From the NCBI GenBank assembly GCA_963666425.2, contig OY762825.2, positions 608,001 to 672,000 of the forward strand: DNA of 64,000 bases. Reading direction: 5' to 3'. Under the pieces are notes generated by a model, which searched no databases, was not told where the DNA came from, and was given only the letters and a program-made list of their open reading frames with translations. Shown here piece by piece: positions 27,857-37,612 of the stretch. Position 1 is the stretch's first letter, and every line of letters begins with the position of its first letter. The stretch comes from Bacillota bacterium. GTDB lineage: Bacteria; Bacillota; JAAYKD01. Position numbers and translations under genes: made by a program.

Positions 27857-29821
27857 TTATTCGCTGAGGAAGCGCTTGAACCAACCCATCATATAATCCA
27901 AACGGGTTAAGCGATTAGCCGGTTTACCGCTGCGGGATAATTCATGGTTCTCACCATGGAAGATCACCATTTCCGTTGTTTTGCCCAAACGTTTCAAGGC
28001 CACATAATACTGCTCCGCTTGTTCCAGCGGGCAGCGATAATCCTGATCGCTGTGCAGGAACAAGAGCGGTGTCGTCACTTTTGGCGCATAGCGAATGGGA
28101 GAGCGTTCCATCAATAAGTCTTCGCTGTCCCAAATATCGGCGCCGCCCATACCGCGTTTATCGTGTGCCCAGCCGTTGTCGGCTGTACCGTATTTGCTCA
28201 GCATATTGGACATGCTGCGCTGCGTGACCGCGGCAGCAAAAAGATCGGTATGTCCAACCAGCCAATTGGTGAAATAACCGCCTTGACTGCCGCCGGTCAC
28301 ACCAATTTTCGCTGCATCGACCCAAGGCAAATCGCGGACCTGTTCTGCCATGAATAAGAGATCATCGGCATCGATACCGCACCAATCTCCGATAATGGCC
28401 GTCGCGAAGGCTTCTCCGTAACCGATCGACCCTCTGGGATTGCCGAAGAAGACGCCATAACCCATGCCGGCTAAGACTTGGAATTCATGGAAGAAAGAAT
28501 TACCGTAAGCGGTGTTTGGTCCGCCGTGAATCTCCATCACCAAAGGATAGCGATTGCCTTCCTCGTAACCGTAAGGTTTCAGCAGCCAACCTTCCAAATC
28601 AGTACCGTCGGGATGGCTAAAGTGAATATTCTCGGCTTTTGCTACCCAGCGTTCCGTAAACAATTTTTCGTTGACAGCGGTGATCTGATGGAAGCAGCTT
28701 TCTTTTTTCAAATCCGCTAACCACAAGTCAGCCGTTGCTTCCGGTGTGGTTTTATTGGCGACGATCACGCCTTTGGCTTCATGAAAACTAAAAACAGCCA
28801 TCATCCCTTCTCCCCAAAGCCGGGAAATTTCCCCGCTGGCTAAGACAAGACGATAGAGGTAAGAATTGCCGCCTTCGGTAGCGGTGAAGAAAACATATTT
28901 GCCGCAGGCAGCGACCATCGGTCCGGTAGAACCGCTGTCAAAGCGAACATCCGATCCGGCAGCCGTACCGATCAGCAAATCAAAACCGGCAGACAGCAAT
29001 TTGTGTTCACCCTGCAGATTGACCTGCCAAATTTCCGCAACGGCACCATTGATCAATCCTTTGTGATGACCGCCATAAACCAAGCCGCTGCTGTCTTTCA
29101 GCCAGGAAGCGCTGTAGAGCGAGACTTTCTGTTGCGTTAAATTGGTCAGACTGCCATCGCCGAGCGCCAGCAGCCATAAATCGGAAGTCGGATTCTGTTC
29201 GTCACCGGTCCGGTTGGAAACAAAAGCCAGCCACTTCCCGTCGGGAGAAGGAATCGGTTCACCGCAATGGAACGCTCCGCTGGTCAGACGCTCCAACTTG
29301 CCGCTGGCGATTTCGATAGACCATAACTGATTCCAATAGCTGTCATAAAAACCGACGCCGTTCATTTTATAATTCAAACGGGTAACATGCTCGAAAGAGG
29401 CACCTTCTCTGGGTTTGCTCTCTGCCGCTATTTCTTCTTTGGCTGTAAAGTAAATCTTACTGCCATCCGCCGACCAGTTGTACGCGCCTACCCCTTTAAA
29501 CATTTTGCTTAAAGCTCTGGCTTCGCTGCCGGCGGCCGAAATCAGCCAGATCTGATTGTTTTTCTCCCGATTGGTGGTAAAGGCAATCGTGCTGCCATCC
29601 GGTGACCACTTGGGATTGCCGTCCCTGACAGCAGCCGTTTGGGCGTTGGTCAATTGACGCTGCTGCTCGCCTTCTCTTAACCAGAGGCAGGAGCGGTAAC
29701 CATTTTCTTTCTCCAACGTTTCACTGACGACATAGACTATTTTCTCGCCATCGGGAGAAACCTGAGCCGCGCCGACTCCTTTGATGCTGACCAAATCACT
29801 GATTGTAAACGGTTTATTCAA
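27857..29821 (-). CDS. S9C family peptidase, paralog 3
   Basis: WSPDG repeats, HGGP, GGSQGG, DYRC, HELSRSG. Likely TTG start at 29821 after AAGGAG. Confidence 0.92.
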   Translation of the reverse strand: MNKPFTISDLVSIKGVGAAQVSPDGEKIVYVVSETLEKENGYRSCLWLREGEQQRQLTNAQTAAVRDGNPKWSPDGSTIAFTTNREKNNQIWLISAAGSEARALSKMFKGVGAYNWSADGSKIYFTAKEEIAAESKPREGASFEHVTRLNYKMNGVGFYDSYWNQLWSIEIASGKLERLTSGAFHCGEPIPSPDGKWLAFVSNRTGDEQNPTSDLWLLALGDGSLTNLTQQKVSLYSASWLKDSSGLVYGGHHKGLINGAVAEIWQVNLQGEHKLLSAGFDLLIGTAAGSDVRFDSGSTGPMVAACGKYVFFTATEGGNSYLYRLVLASGEISRLWGEGMMAVFSFHEAKGVIVANKTTPEATADLWLADLKKESCFHQITAVNEKLFTERWVAKAENIHFSHPDGTDLEGWLLKPYGYEEGNRYPLVMEIHGGPNTAYGNSFFHEFQVLAGMGYGVFFGNPRGSIGYGEAFATAIIGDWCGIDADDLLFMAEQVRDLPWVDAAKIGVTGGSQGGYFTNWLVGHTDLFAAAVTQRSMSNMLSKYGTADNGWAHDKRGMGGADIWDSEDLLMERSPIRYAPKVTTPLLFLHSDQDYRCPLEQAEQYYVALKRLGKTTEMVIFHGENHELSRSGKPANRLTRLDYMMGWFKRFLSE

Positions 29822-29947
29822 TTGATACACTCCTTCATACGATTAGCGCAGCAAAGATGCAACGACAGAAATCATCGTTGGTACTACCATTGCCGCAACG
29901 AGAAGCCAAACCAGAATTACTTTTGTCTTTTTGCCCATTTTATCCCT

Positions 29948-31237
29948 CTATCGAATCAAATGTAGAGCTTCCTGTCGACCATCCAGGAACCATGTCTTGT
30001 CATCCTTTAGTAAAATCGTCTGCTCCAATGCCATCGTCACTTCCTGATTATCCCATTCCGCTACAGGGAAGCGAACATTTAGTTCCAAGGCATAGCAGGT
30101 AGCGTCGAATAACTCATAATCACCCCGGCCGGGGACTCCATCCTGCTGATCATAAAGACCGATGGTTGGCCCGGCAGCATGGCCGTGATAGCCGATGGGA
30201 TGATTGTAAATACAAGGCAGTAATCCTTCCGCCATTGCCCGCTCCCGGCTCAGATGTAAAACCTGATTACCGGTTCGCCCCACCTGCATCTCTGCTCTGA
30301 CGATATCCTGCAGGCGATTGCCGGCTTTCAGGGCATCTTTTAGACCTTGCGGCGCATCCGTTTCCTGCCGATGCAGCACATAGGCGTTCTGCTGTGTATC
30401 GGTGTTTAAGCGCAGATAAGCGAAACCTACGTCACAATGCAGCAAATCACCGGGTAAAATGATGCTGTCCGCCGGCAGCCGCTCGGCGCCTCTGCGCTGG
30501 ATATTGACATCCGGCTGAAACCAGGGTTTCAAACCTAAATCGACGAAACGCTGCCGAATCCACCACAGCAGATCGGAGGCTGTCGTGATTCCGGGATGCA
30601 CTATCCGGCTGGAAAATGCTTCGGCAATGACACCGTGCGCGATTTGCATGATCCCTTCATAGGAAATGATTTCCGCTTCAGTGCGGGTTTCCAACCAACC
30701 TACCGCCAAACGTTCCGCACCAAAGCATCTAGCCGCGTACTTATCACCCAAAGCGGTCATCATCTCTTCATACAGAGCATGGGAAAGACCATCGCCGAAA
30801 GCAAAGGTATGGCCTACATTGATCCCAATCCGCTGTGGCTGCCACGCTTCGACCAACGCCCGCAGATTAGCCCATTGGTCACCCAAGGCTTGCTTCCAGA
30901 CCGGTTGGTAGAGATCTCCACCGATGCCCGTTTTTGCTAAGACAAACCGCTGCACAGTCTGATCCGGTAAGAGCCGAAAAACCAAAATTGTCATGCGTCT
31001 GGCACTCATGCCGGGTTCGGGAATCAAGGATAGAAAGGTAGGGTCTTCGTTATATTCCCGACAGGCTACGACCCACAGATCAAAATGCTCCCGCTGCATG
31101 ATGGCGGGTAAAACTGTGTCCAGACGCAGCTTCAGCCAGCGATTGATTACCTCAGCCTGTTGCCGTAATGGCAGTATTTTATCCTGCCACTGACCATCGT
31201 GATTGGCAACCCGATGCTGTTCCGTTGAATAAGCCAT
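29948..31237 (-). CDS. M24 metallopeptidase (Xaa-Pro aminopeptidase-like)
   Basis: Metal ligands HCDVG, NTDTQ, YNHPIGYHGH, ALELN, ALEQ; AAGGAGG RBS. Confidence 0.85.
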   Translation of the reverse strand: MAYSTEQHRVANHDGQWQDKILPLRQQAEVINRWLKLRLDTVLPAIMQREHFDLWVVACREYNEDPTFLSLIPEPGMSARRMTILVFRLLPDQTVQRFVLAKTGIGGDLYQPVWKQALGDQWANLRALVEAWQPQRIGINVGHTFAFGDGLSHALYEEMMTALGDKYAARCFGAERLAVGWLETRTEAEIISYEGIMQIAHGVIAEAFSSRIVHPGITTASDLLWWIRQRFVDLGLKPWFQPDVNIQRRGAERLPADSIILPGDLLHCDVGFAYLRLNTDTQQNAYVLHRQETDAPQGLKDALKAGNRLQDIVRAEMQVGRTGNQVLHLSRERAMAEGLLPCIYNHPIGYHGHAAGPTIGLYDQQDGVPGRGDYELFDATCYALELNVRFPVAEWDNQEVTMALEQTILLKDDKTWFLDGRQEALHLIR

Positions 31238-31281
31238 GCATTTTGCCTCCTTAAAAATAATTCCATATGGCTGCCTTTATA

Positions 31282-31309
31282 CTTCCACAGTTGCCTAAAT
31301 TCTCCCTGC
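31282..31309 (-). promoter_or_regulatory. sigmaH-type promoter for M24(-S9C-GNAT)
   Basis: GCAGGG-N18-GAAG on the minus strand (two deviations from consensus). Confidence 0.45.
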
Positions 31310-31382
31310 CGGATTTTTATTTTCTTTTTCCTCTTTGCTAAAAACAGGTGCAGGCAATGGCGGCTGCTTACGCCGCGTTTTT

Positions 31383-32393
31383 CTATTCAGCGAACATTCG
31401 GAAGAGCGCCATTACCGCCTGCAGATCCGTGCCGCTGTAGTAGTGCACAATTTCGCCTTTGCTGTGGTTCGTGTAGGTGCCGACATCACGGTAATCATTC
31501 TCCTGATAAATCACCGTACCGGCATAAGTGCCATCCAACAGAATTTTCCAACTGATCGCATCTTCCCAGACATAATATTGTTTTGCCGTATAGATTGTGA
31601 GATGGCGTCCCAGATTCAGTTCGGCAATGGCGGTTTGGGTTGTCGTTTTTGCTTTGCTGTCTTCCAGTTTAACGAGTTCAGCTGGCTGTAAATTTGTGGT
31701 TGCAGCGGTAAAGGCAGCCAGAACTTCCGGCCATTGGTCAGCATTTTCACCGTTCGCTGCAATATAGCGCTGTTTGGCAATATCCGTCACGCCGGCAATA
31801 CTTTGCGTCAACTGAAATTTCGCCTGATTTAAACTCTCTTCCTGCACGGTCAAGCAGTTCCCCTCTGCATCGAAAACCAGCAGCTGATAATCGCCGATCT
31901 GTTCCGCATAGTTCTCAATGGCAAAGACAAAGGAGACAATATTGTTTAAACCGGCAGCGGTTGTGACTTGCTTGACTGCCGTTAACTGCTCCCCTTTGGG
32001 TGTTTGCAGCGTAACACTGGCACCGTTCTTTTGTTCCACCGTACCATAATAGTAGAGTGTCCCATCCCTGGCGGTCAGCCCCTGCAGATTTTTGGTGGAA
32101 GGATAATGATACACCCAAAAAATCAATTTATGCACCATCGCATAGACCGATACCTTACTTTGGTTTTTCGTAAAATAGGTATAAAAATCATCGGTCTTAT
32201 ATTCCAGAATAATCTCTGCTTCCGATGTTTTCTCCATGTCGGCTACCCCTTCGGTAGACATGAAGATCTGTCTGGTTTCTGCACCGTCTGTCATGACAAA
32301 AACGAAAGTATACACAGCCAGAATCGTGATGACCAGAATCACCAATACTTGCAGCATACTCATTGCCGCCGGTTTCAATACTTTTTCTTCCAA
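31383..32393 (-). CDS. Hypothetical membrane-anchored extracellular protein
   Basis: 336 aa, TTG start after GAGGAGG, single N-terminal TM helix; 24 nt after the prolyl oligopeptidase stop. Confidence 0.75.
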   Translation of the reverse strand: MEEKVLKPAAMSMLQVLVILVITILAVYTFVFVMTDGAETRQIFMSTEGVADMEKTSEAEIILEYKTDDFYTYFTKNQSKVSVYAMVHKLIFWVYHYPSTKNLQGLTARDGTLYYYGTVEQKNGASVTLQTPKGEQLTAVKQVTTAAGLNNIVSFVFAIENYAEQIGDYQLLVFDAEGNCLTVQEESLNQAKFQLTQSIAGVTDIAKQRYIAANGENADQWPEVLAAFTAATTNLQPAELVKLEDSKAKTTTQTAIAELNLGRHLTIYTAKQYYVWEDAISWKILLDGTYAGTVIYQENDYRDVGTYTNHSKGEIVHYYSGTDLQAVMALFRMFAE

Positions 32394-32417
32394 TTCGCTT
32401 CCTCCTCGATTCCCTGT

Positions 32418-34475
32418 TTATACTTTCTCTTTTTTATCCATCAGTTGGATCATTAAAAACGCATATAAATCTGTCTGTTCCTCAATTAGCTTAGAAATCG
32501 GTTTGCCATGGCCATGCCCCGCGCTTTTTTCCACCCGCAGCAAAATAGGGTTGCTGCCGGCATCGGCAGCCTGCAGTGTCGCTGTAAATTTACGCGCCTG
32601 GCAAGGCACCACCCGATCATCTGTATCAGCCGTCATAATCAGAGTCGGCGGATAAACTCGGTTCATTTTGACATTATGCAACGGCGAATAGGCATACATA
32701 AATCGAAAGTGTTCCGGATTTTGCTCAGCATTGCCATATTCACCGGTCCAATAACGACCGACCGTAAAGCGATGATAACGCAGCATGTCCAGGACAGGTA
32801 CCCAGACGATCACAGCACCAAACAAATCAGGCCGCTGCGTCAGGCAGGCTCCGGTCAAAAGACCGCCATTCGAGCGTCCCATCATGCCAAGCCGCTGGCG
32901 GCAGGTATAATTCTGAGCAATCAGCCATTCGGCCGCGGCGATATAATCGTCAAAAACATTCTGTTTGTTGGCAAGCGTCCCCGCTAGGTGCCAGGCTTCG
33001 CCGTACTCTGAACCGCCGCGCAGACAAGGTTCTGCATGAACACCTCCGGCCTGCAGCCAAGCCAAGACCTGCGGAGAAAAATTCGGCGTGCGGTTAATAT
33101 TGAATCCACCATAACCGTAAAGCATCGTGGCATGACTGCCGTCCAGTTTGATGGTTTTACGGCGGGTAATAAACATCGGAATCTGCGTACCATCTTTGGA
33201 GGGATAAAACACCCGAATGGTTTCAAATTGATCAAAAGGAAAATCAAGCTGCGGACGGAACCAAACGCCGGTTTCCTGTGTCTTGAAATCAAAGCGCAGG
33301 ATGGTATCGGGATATAGGAAACTGTTGAACAGGATAAAGCACTCCTCATCCGCCAAGCCTCCACTCAAGCCCCGCACCGATCCCAAACCAGGCAGAGGAA
33401 TTTGCTGCAGATAATTCCCCTCCAGATCATAGCGCTCCAGCACATGCGCAGCGTCTTTGAGATAGGAACAGACGATTTGATCATGCACCAGCTGGATCTC
33501 GTCCAACAGATCCGATTTTTCCGCTAAAATGATCTGCCAGTTTGGTTTAGCCGTCAGCGTCAAATCAACCGCCAGCAAGCATCCCATGGGAGCATGCTGA
33601 TTGGTGCGCAGCAAGAGGCGGTCCTCCAACCAGCCGACCAAGCTGAAAGCAGCCTGAAACTCATTGACCAACGGAATAAATTCTGCCCGACTGTCCAGGG
33701 GGCGGAACCAAACCAAACTGCGCGGATCGGTGCCGATATGGATCAGCAGCAACTGCCATTTGCCGTTTTCACTGACCGACAAGCTTAAACCCCAATCCGG
33801 GTGTTCTTGATTCTCATAGATCAGCGTATCGTCCGCCTGGGCTTCACCCAAGCGATGCAGATAAATCTTCGCATTGCGGCTGATATTTTCTGCGGCTACC
33901 GTTGCAGGATCCGGAAAACGGGTGTAATAGAAGCCAGTCTCGTCCGGCAGCCAGGCAATTTGGGTAAATTTAACCCAATTGAGTTCATCGCTGCGGACTA
34001 GATTCTGCTGCAGATCTTTGACCAGAATCCGCTGCCAATCACTGCCGCTTTGGGAGAGTCCGTAGGCGCAAAAACTCCCCTTGGGGCTGACTGCAAAATG
34101 AGCTGCTTCTACTGTACCATCCTCACTCAACAGATTCGGATCAAGGACGATACTGCCAAGCTCATTTAAATCCTCATGCTGATAGATCACAGCCTGATTT
34201 TGCAAACCGCTGTTGCGGGCAGAGTAGTATTTCCCGGCTTTTTTCACAGGCAGACTCTGCTTCGGATAACAGTAGAGAGAAGTCAGGCGCTCCTGTAACT
34301 GGCGGCGAATTGCATATTGCTGCAAATAAGCATTCGTCTCTGCGTTTTGAGCGGTTGTCCATGCCCTGACTTCAGGATCAAAATCATCCTCCAGCCAACG
34401 GTAGGGATCCGCCACCGGTGTGCCATGAAAATCATCAATTTGATCCATCCGCCGAGTCACGATGCGTTGACGCAT
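32418..34475 (-). CDS. Prolyl oligopeptidase (S9A)
   Basis: DPYRWLED, SKDGT.IPMF, LYGYGGF, RGGSEYGE.WH, GRSNGGLL, DDRVVP, GHG. ATG 34475. Confidence 0.95.
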   Translation of the reverse strand: MRQRIVTRRMDQIDDFHGTPVADPYRWLEDDFDPEVRAWTTAQNAETNAYLQQYAIRRQLQERLTSLYCYPKQSLPVKKAGKYYSARNSGLQNQAVIYQHEDLNELGSIVLDPNLLSEDGTVEAAHFAVSPKGSFCAYGLSQSGSDWQRILVKDLQQNLVRSDELNWVKFTQIAWLPDETGFYYTRFPDPATVAAENISRNAKIYLHRLGEAQADDTLIYENQEHPDWGLSLSVSENGKWQLLLIHIGTDPRSLVWFRPLDSRAEFIPLVNEFQAAFSLVGWLEDRLLLRTNQHAPMGCLLAVDLTLTAKPNWQIILAEKSDLLDEIQLVHDQIVCSYLKDAAHVLERYDLEGNYLQQIPLPGLGSVRGLSGGLADEECFILFNSFLYPDTILRFDFKTQETGVWFRPQLDFPFDQFETIRVFYPSKDGTQIPMFITRRKTIKLDGSHATMLYGYGGFNINRTPNFSPQVLAWLQAGGVHAEPCLRGGSEYGEAWHLAGTLANKQNVFDDYIAAAEWLIAQNYTCRQRLGMMGRSNGGLLTGACLTQRPDLFGAVIVWVPVLDMLRYHRFTVGRYWTGEYGNAEQNPEHFRFMYAYSPLHNVKMNRVYPPTLIMTADTDDRVVPCQARKFTATLQAADAGSNPILLRVEKSAGHGHGKPISKLIEEQTDLYAFLMIQLMDKKEKV

Positions 34476-34509
34476 CCAATCATCTCCCTTATTTTTGCTC
34501 TTACCTAGT

Positions 34510-34536
34510 ATTCGCATTTACTAATTTGTTTCCTTC
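34510..34536 (-). promoter_or_regulatory. sigmaH-type promoter for the prolyl oligopeptidase
   Basis: GAAGGA-N17-GAAT on the minus strand. Confidence 0.65.
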
Positions 34537-34628
34537 CTAACTTGCGCCGAAAAGATGCTATTCTCTTTTATTCGCTTTTATGATACACTGCAATTATGAT
34601 TCTATACTGTATAAGGAGGATTCAGAAA

Positions 34629-35285
34629 GTGAACTTAGCGGCAATGATTGATCATACTCTGCTGAAGGCGGATGCGACCGCTGCGCAGATTGAACAGCTG
34701 TGTCGGGAAGCTAGACAGTTCAGCTTTGCGTCGGTCTGTATTAATCCTGTTTATGTCAGTTTCGCTGCCAAATTGCTGACCGGCAGTGCGGTCAAGGTTT
34801 GTACTGTGATTGGATTTCCCTTAGGCGCCATCTGCAGTGAGGATAAAGCGGAAGAAGCACATCGAGCAATTGCCAATGGCGCTGCAGAACTGGATATGGT
34901 GCTGGCGATTGGCGCCGCTAAAAGCGGCGACTGGCAAAGTGTGGAATCCGATATCCTGGCCGTCTGCCGGGCTGCCGGGGGACAGGCGATTGTCAAAGTA
35001 ATCTTAGAAACCTGCTTGCTTACCGACGAAGAAATCGTTGCTGCCTGCCTATGTGCGCAAAGAGCCGGTGCGGCGTTTGTTAAAACCTCCACCGGGTTTT
35101 CCAGCGGCGGCGCAACCGAACATCATGTGCAGCTGATGCGTAAAACCGTTGCTGCAACTATGGGTGTCAAAGCCTCCGGCGGGATTCGCAGCGCGGTTGC
35201 GGCGCGTGCCATGGTCAAGGCAGGAGCCAATCGCATCGGTACGAGTTCCGGACCGGCAATTATCCTGGAAAATGAAACTCATTGA
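34629..35285 (+). CDS. deoC: Deoxyribose-phosphate aldolase
   Basis: IDHTLLK, VIGFPLG, ELDMV, KVILET, FVKTSTGF, VKASGGIR, RIGTS. GTG start after AAGGAGG. Confidence 0.96.
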   Translation: MNLAAMIDHTLLKADATAAQIEQLCREARQFSFASVCINPVYVSFAAKLLTGSAVKVCTVIGFPLGAICSEDKAEEAHRAIANGAAELDMVLAIGAAKSGDWQSVESDILAVCRAAGGQAIVKVILETCLLTDEEIVAACLCAQRAGAAFVKTSTGFSSGGATEHHVQLMRKTVAATMGVKASGGIRSAVAARAMVKAGANRIGTSSGPAIILENETH

Positions 35286-35334
35286 GGTTATGCCTTTTGA
35301 GCATATCAGAGATTAAAAAAACGAAAGGGTGTCT

Positions 35335-35877
35335 ATGATGTCGAAACTAGTCAAAGGTCAAACTGCTCCTGATTTTATCTTCCGTACCCCCTGGCTGGAA
35401 AACCAGAAATTCTCCGAATGGGTTGCTAAAGCAGACAAAACTGTGCTGATCTTTTCCCGTTACTATGGCTGCTCGCTTTGCCAGCTCGATATCGCGGAAA
35501 TGGCGGAGTCCTTTCCTAAATTCGCTGCTAAAGGAGCCCAGGTACTGATGGCTCTGCAGAGCGCGCCGGAGACCATTCAAGCGGAACTGAAGGAAGACAG
35601 CCTGCCTTTTCCGATCATTCTTGATCCGGAACAAGCAATCTATCATCTCTATGATCTCAACGTCGCAGAAGATTTAAAAAAAGCAATCAATCTGAAAACA
35701 TTATCGCGCATTGCGAAAGCCAAATTAAAAGGCTTTCAGCATGGTAAATATGAAGGCGAAGAGAATCAGCTGCAGGCGGCGTTAATTCTGGATCAGAACA
35801 GGCAAGTTCTCTTTGTAAAATACGCAGAGTCTTTATCGGATGTACCGGATGCCGAAGAGCTGCTGGCATTGCTTTAG
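35335..35877 (+). CDS. AhpC/TSA (peroxiredoxin-like) redoxin
   Basis: GQTAPDF, FSRYYGCSLC (CxxC), FPIILDPE..IY..Y. Confidence 0.82.
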   Translation: MMSKLVKGQTAPDFIFRTPWLENQKFSEWVAKADKTVLIFSRYYGCSLCQLDIAEMAESFPKFAAKGAQVLMALQSAPETIQAELKEDSLPFPIILDPEQAIYHLYDLNVAEDLKKAINLKTLSRIAKAKLKGFQHGKYEGEENQLQAALILDQNRQVLFVKYAESLSDVPDAEELLALL

Positions 35878-35918
35878 AGCAGGACAATTCGCCTGGAACA
35901 GGCCACTTGAAAATCTTT

Positions 35919-35965
35919 GGCTACCGGAACAATCACAGACTTGCTTGTTCCGGTAGCTTTTTTAT
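35919..35965 (+). terminator. Intrinsic terminator
   Basis: GCTACCGGAACAA-loop-TTGTTCCGGTAGC-TTTTTT. Confidence 0.85.
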
Positions 35966-36273
35966 GCAATGAGCCCTGCTTTGTACCGCAGGCCAAAGGT
36001 GCCCTTTTTTTGTCGCCTTCCTATGAAAACCGGATGGGTTTTCTGTTCCGCGGACTGCATTATCGATGAGTGGCTGCTCCGCAGCAGAGAAAGCAGTTCA
36101 TCTATTTTTCGTATCATCTTAAATGTTTCGACTTATATTGGCATATTTTACTATATTAATTATATTTTTCTGAATGTTTACCAAAAACAGTTGCAACTGC
36201 TGCCGCTTGCGACTATAATAGCAAAAACACAAATCGCATCTTCGTGACTACGAACGACGCAAGGAGGCAAACA

Positions 36274-37560
36274 GTGCTATTACAATTTGAACGCTTTAAT
36301 CAGCTGATTTGGTTGATTTTCACTGTGCTATATTTTTACCAATTCATCTATGTCATGGTTTCCTTATTTCCCGGCAGCCCACGTCAGAAAGATACTACTC
36401 CGCCGCGTCTTCACCGCTACGCCGTGATCTCTGCCGCACGCAATGAAGAAAATGTGATCGGCCATCTGATTGCCAGCATCAAACAACAGAATTATCCTGC
36501 CAATTTGCTTGATGTTTATGTGATCGCCGATAACTGCACAGATAAAACCGCAGCAGCCGCCCGGGCTGCCGGAGCCATCACTTACGAACGGTTCAATTAC
36601 CAACAGGTTGGTAAAGGATATGCTTTGGATTATTTCTTCAAGCAATTGCATCAAGACAATCTATTCGATCAATATGATGGTTTTTTTATTTTTGATGCCG
36701 ATAATCTGTTGGATGCCAATTACATCAGCGAAATGAATCGGTTGTTCGATCAGGGTAAGAATAATGTTATGACCAGTTATCGTAATTCTAAAAATTATGA
36801 CACCAATTGGATTTCGGCGGGTTCCTCCCTATGGTTCATGCGGGAAGCGCGCTTTTTAAACTATTCCCGCACCTTGCTGAACACCAGTTGTGCGGTTTCC
36901 GGGACCGGCTTTTTACTGAAGAAAAGCATAATCGAAAAAAATAAGGGTTGGAAATACCATCTACTGACTGAAGATATCGAATTTTCCATCGACTGTGTCC
37001 TGCACGGTGAAAAAATCGGTTACTGTCCCACCGCTGTTTTTTATGATGAGCAGCCTTGCACCTTCCAGCAATCCTGGCTGCAGCGTTTGCGTTGGGCCAA
37101 AGGATTCTATCAGGTTTTTCAAAATTACGGCGCAAAATTAGCCAAAGCTCTTTTTCAGGAAAATCAGCATTTACTCTCCAGCTATGATATGCTGATGACC
37201 ATCCTGCCTTCGATGTTTCTCACTTTGCTCAGTTTCGTGGTCGATATCGGATTTTTGGTATTTGGCCTTTACGGTAATTTGAGTACAAACCTCTTTTCCA
37301 TTATCGTACCGACGGCAGCTTTGGCGCTGGCCGGAGCCTTATTCAACTTCTACGCGGTTTTATTCCTGATGGGGGCGCTCACCACAATTGCGGAATGGAA
37401 AAGAATCAACTGCGTCTGGTGGAAAAAAGTCCTCTACAGCTTTAGTTTCCCTATTTTTATTGCTTCCTATATTCCGATTTCTCTGGTCGCTTTATTCCAG
37501 AAAGTGGAATGGAAGCCAATCAGTCATACGGTGACGAAAACAATCGAACAAGTCAGATAA
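36274..37560 (+). CDS. GT2 family membrane glycosyltransferase
   Basis: ARNEE.VI, ADNC.D, GKG.AL, FDAD, TED, QRLRW plus C-terminal TM helices. GTG after AAGGAGG; TTGCAA-N17-TATAAT at 36191-36219. Confidence 0.9.
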   Translation: MLLQFERFNQLIWLIFTVLYFYQFIYVMVSLFPGSPRQKDTTPPRLHRYAVISAARNEENVIGHLIASIKQQNYPANLLDVYVIADNCTDKTAAAARAAGAITYERFNYQQVGKGYALDYFFKQLHQDNLFDQYDGFFIFDADNLLDANYISEMNRLFDQGKNNVMTSYRNSKNYDTNWISAGSSLWFMREARFLNYSRTLLNTSCAVSGTGFLLKKSIIEKNKGWKYHLLTEDIEFSIDCVLHGEKIGYCPTAVFYDEQPCTFQQSWLQRLRWAKGFYQVFQNYGAKLAKALFQENQHLLSSYDMLMTILPSMFLTLLSFVVDIGFLVFGLYGNLSTNLFSIIVPTAALALAGALFNFYAVLFLMGALTTIAEWKRINCVWWKKVLYSFSFPIFIASYIPISLVALFQKVEWKPISHTVTKTIEQVR

Positions 37561-37567
37561 AAGAAAA

Positions 37568-37607
37568 AATGCCGCTGCGAAAACCCAATTTCGCAGCGGC
37601 TTATTTA
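37568..37607. terminator. Bidirectional terminator
   Basis: GCCGCTGCGAAA-loop-TTTCGCAGCGGC between convergent genes. Confidence 0.8.
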
Positions 37608-37612
37608 TGTAC

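Noticed and set aside
29890-29912. sigma54-like TGGC...TTGC upstream of S9C paralog 3
   Set aside because: Spacing is 6 nt rather than the required 7, and no enhancer-binding protein is nearby.
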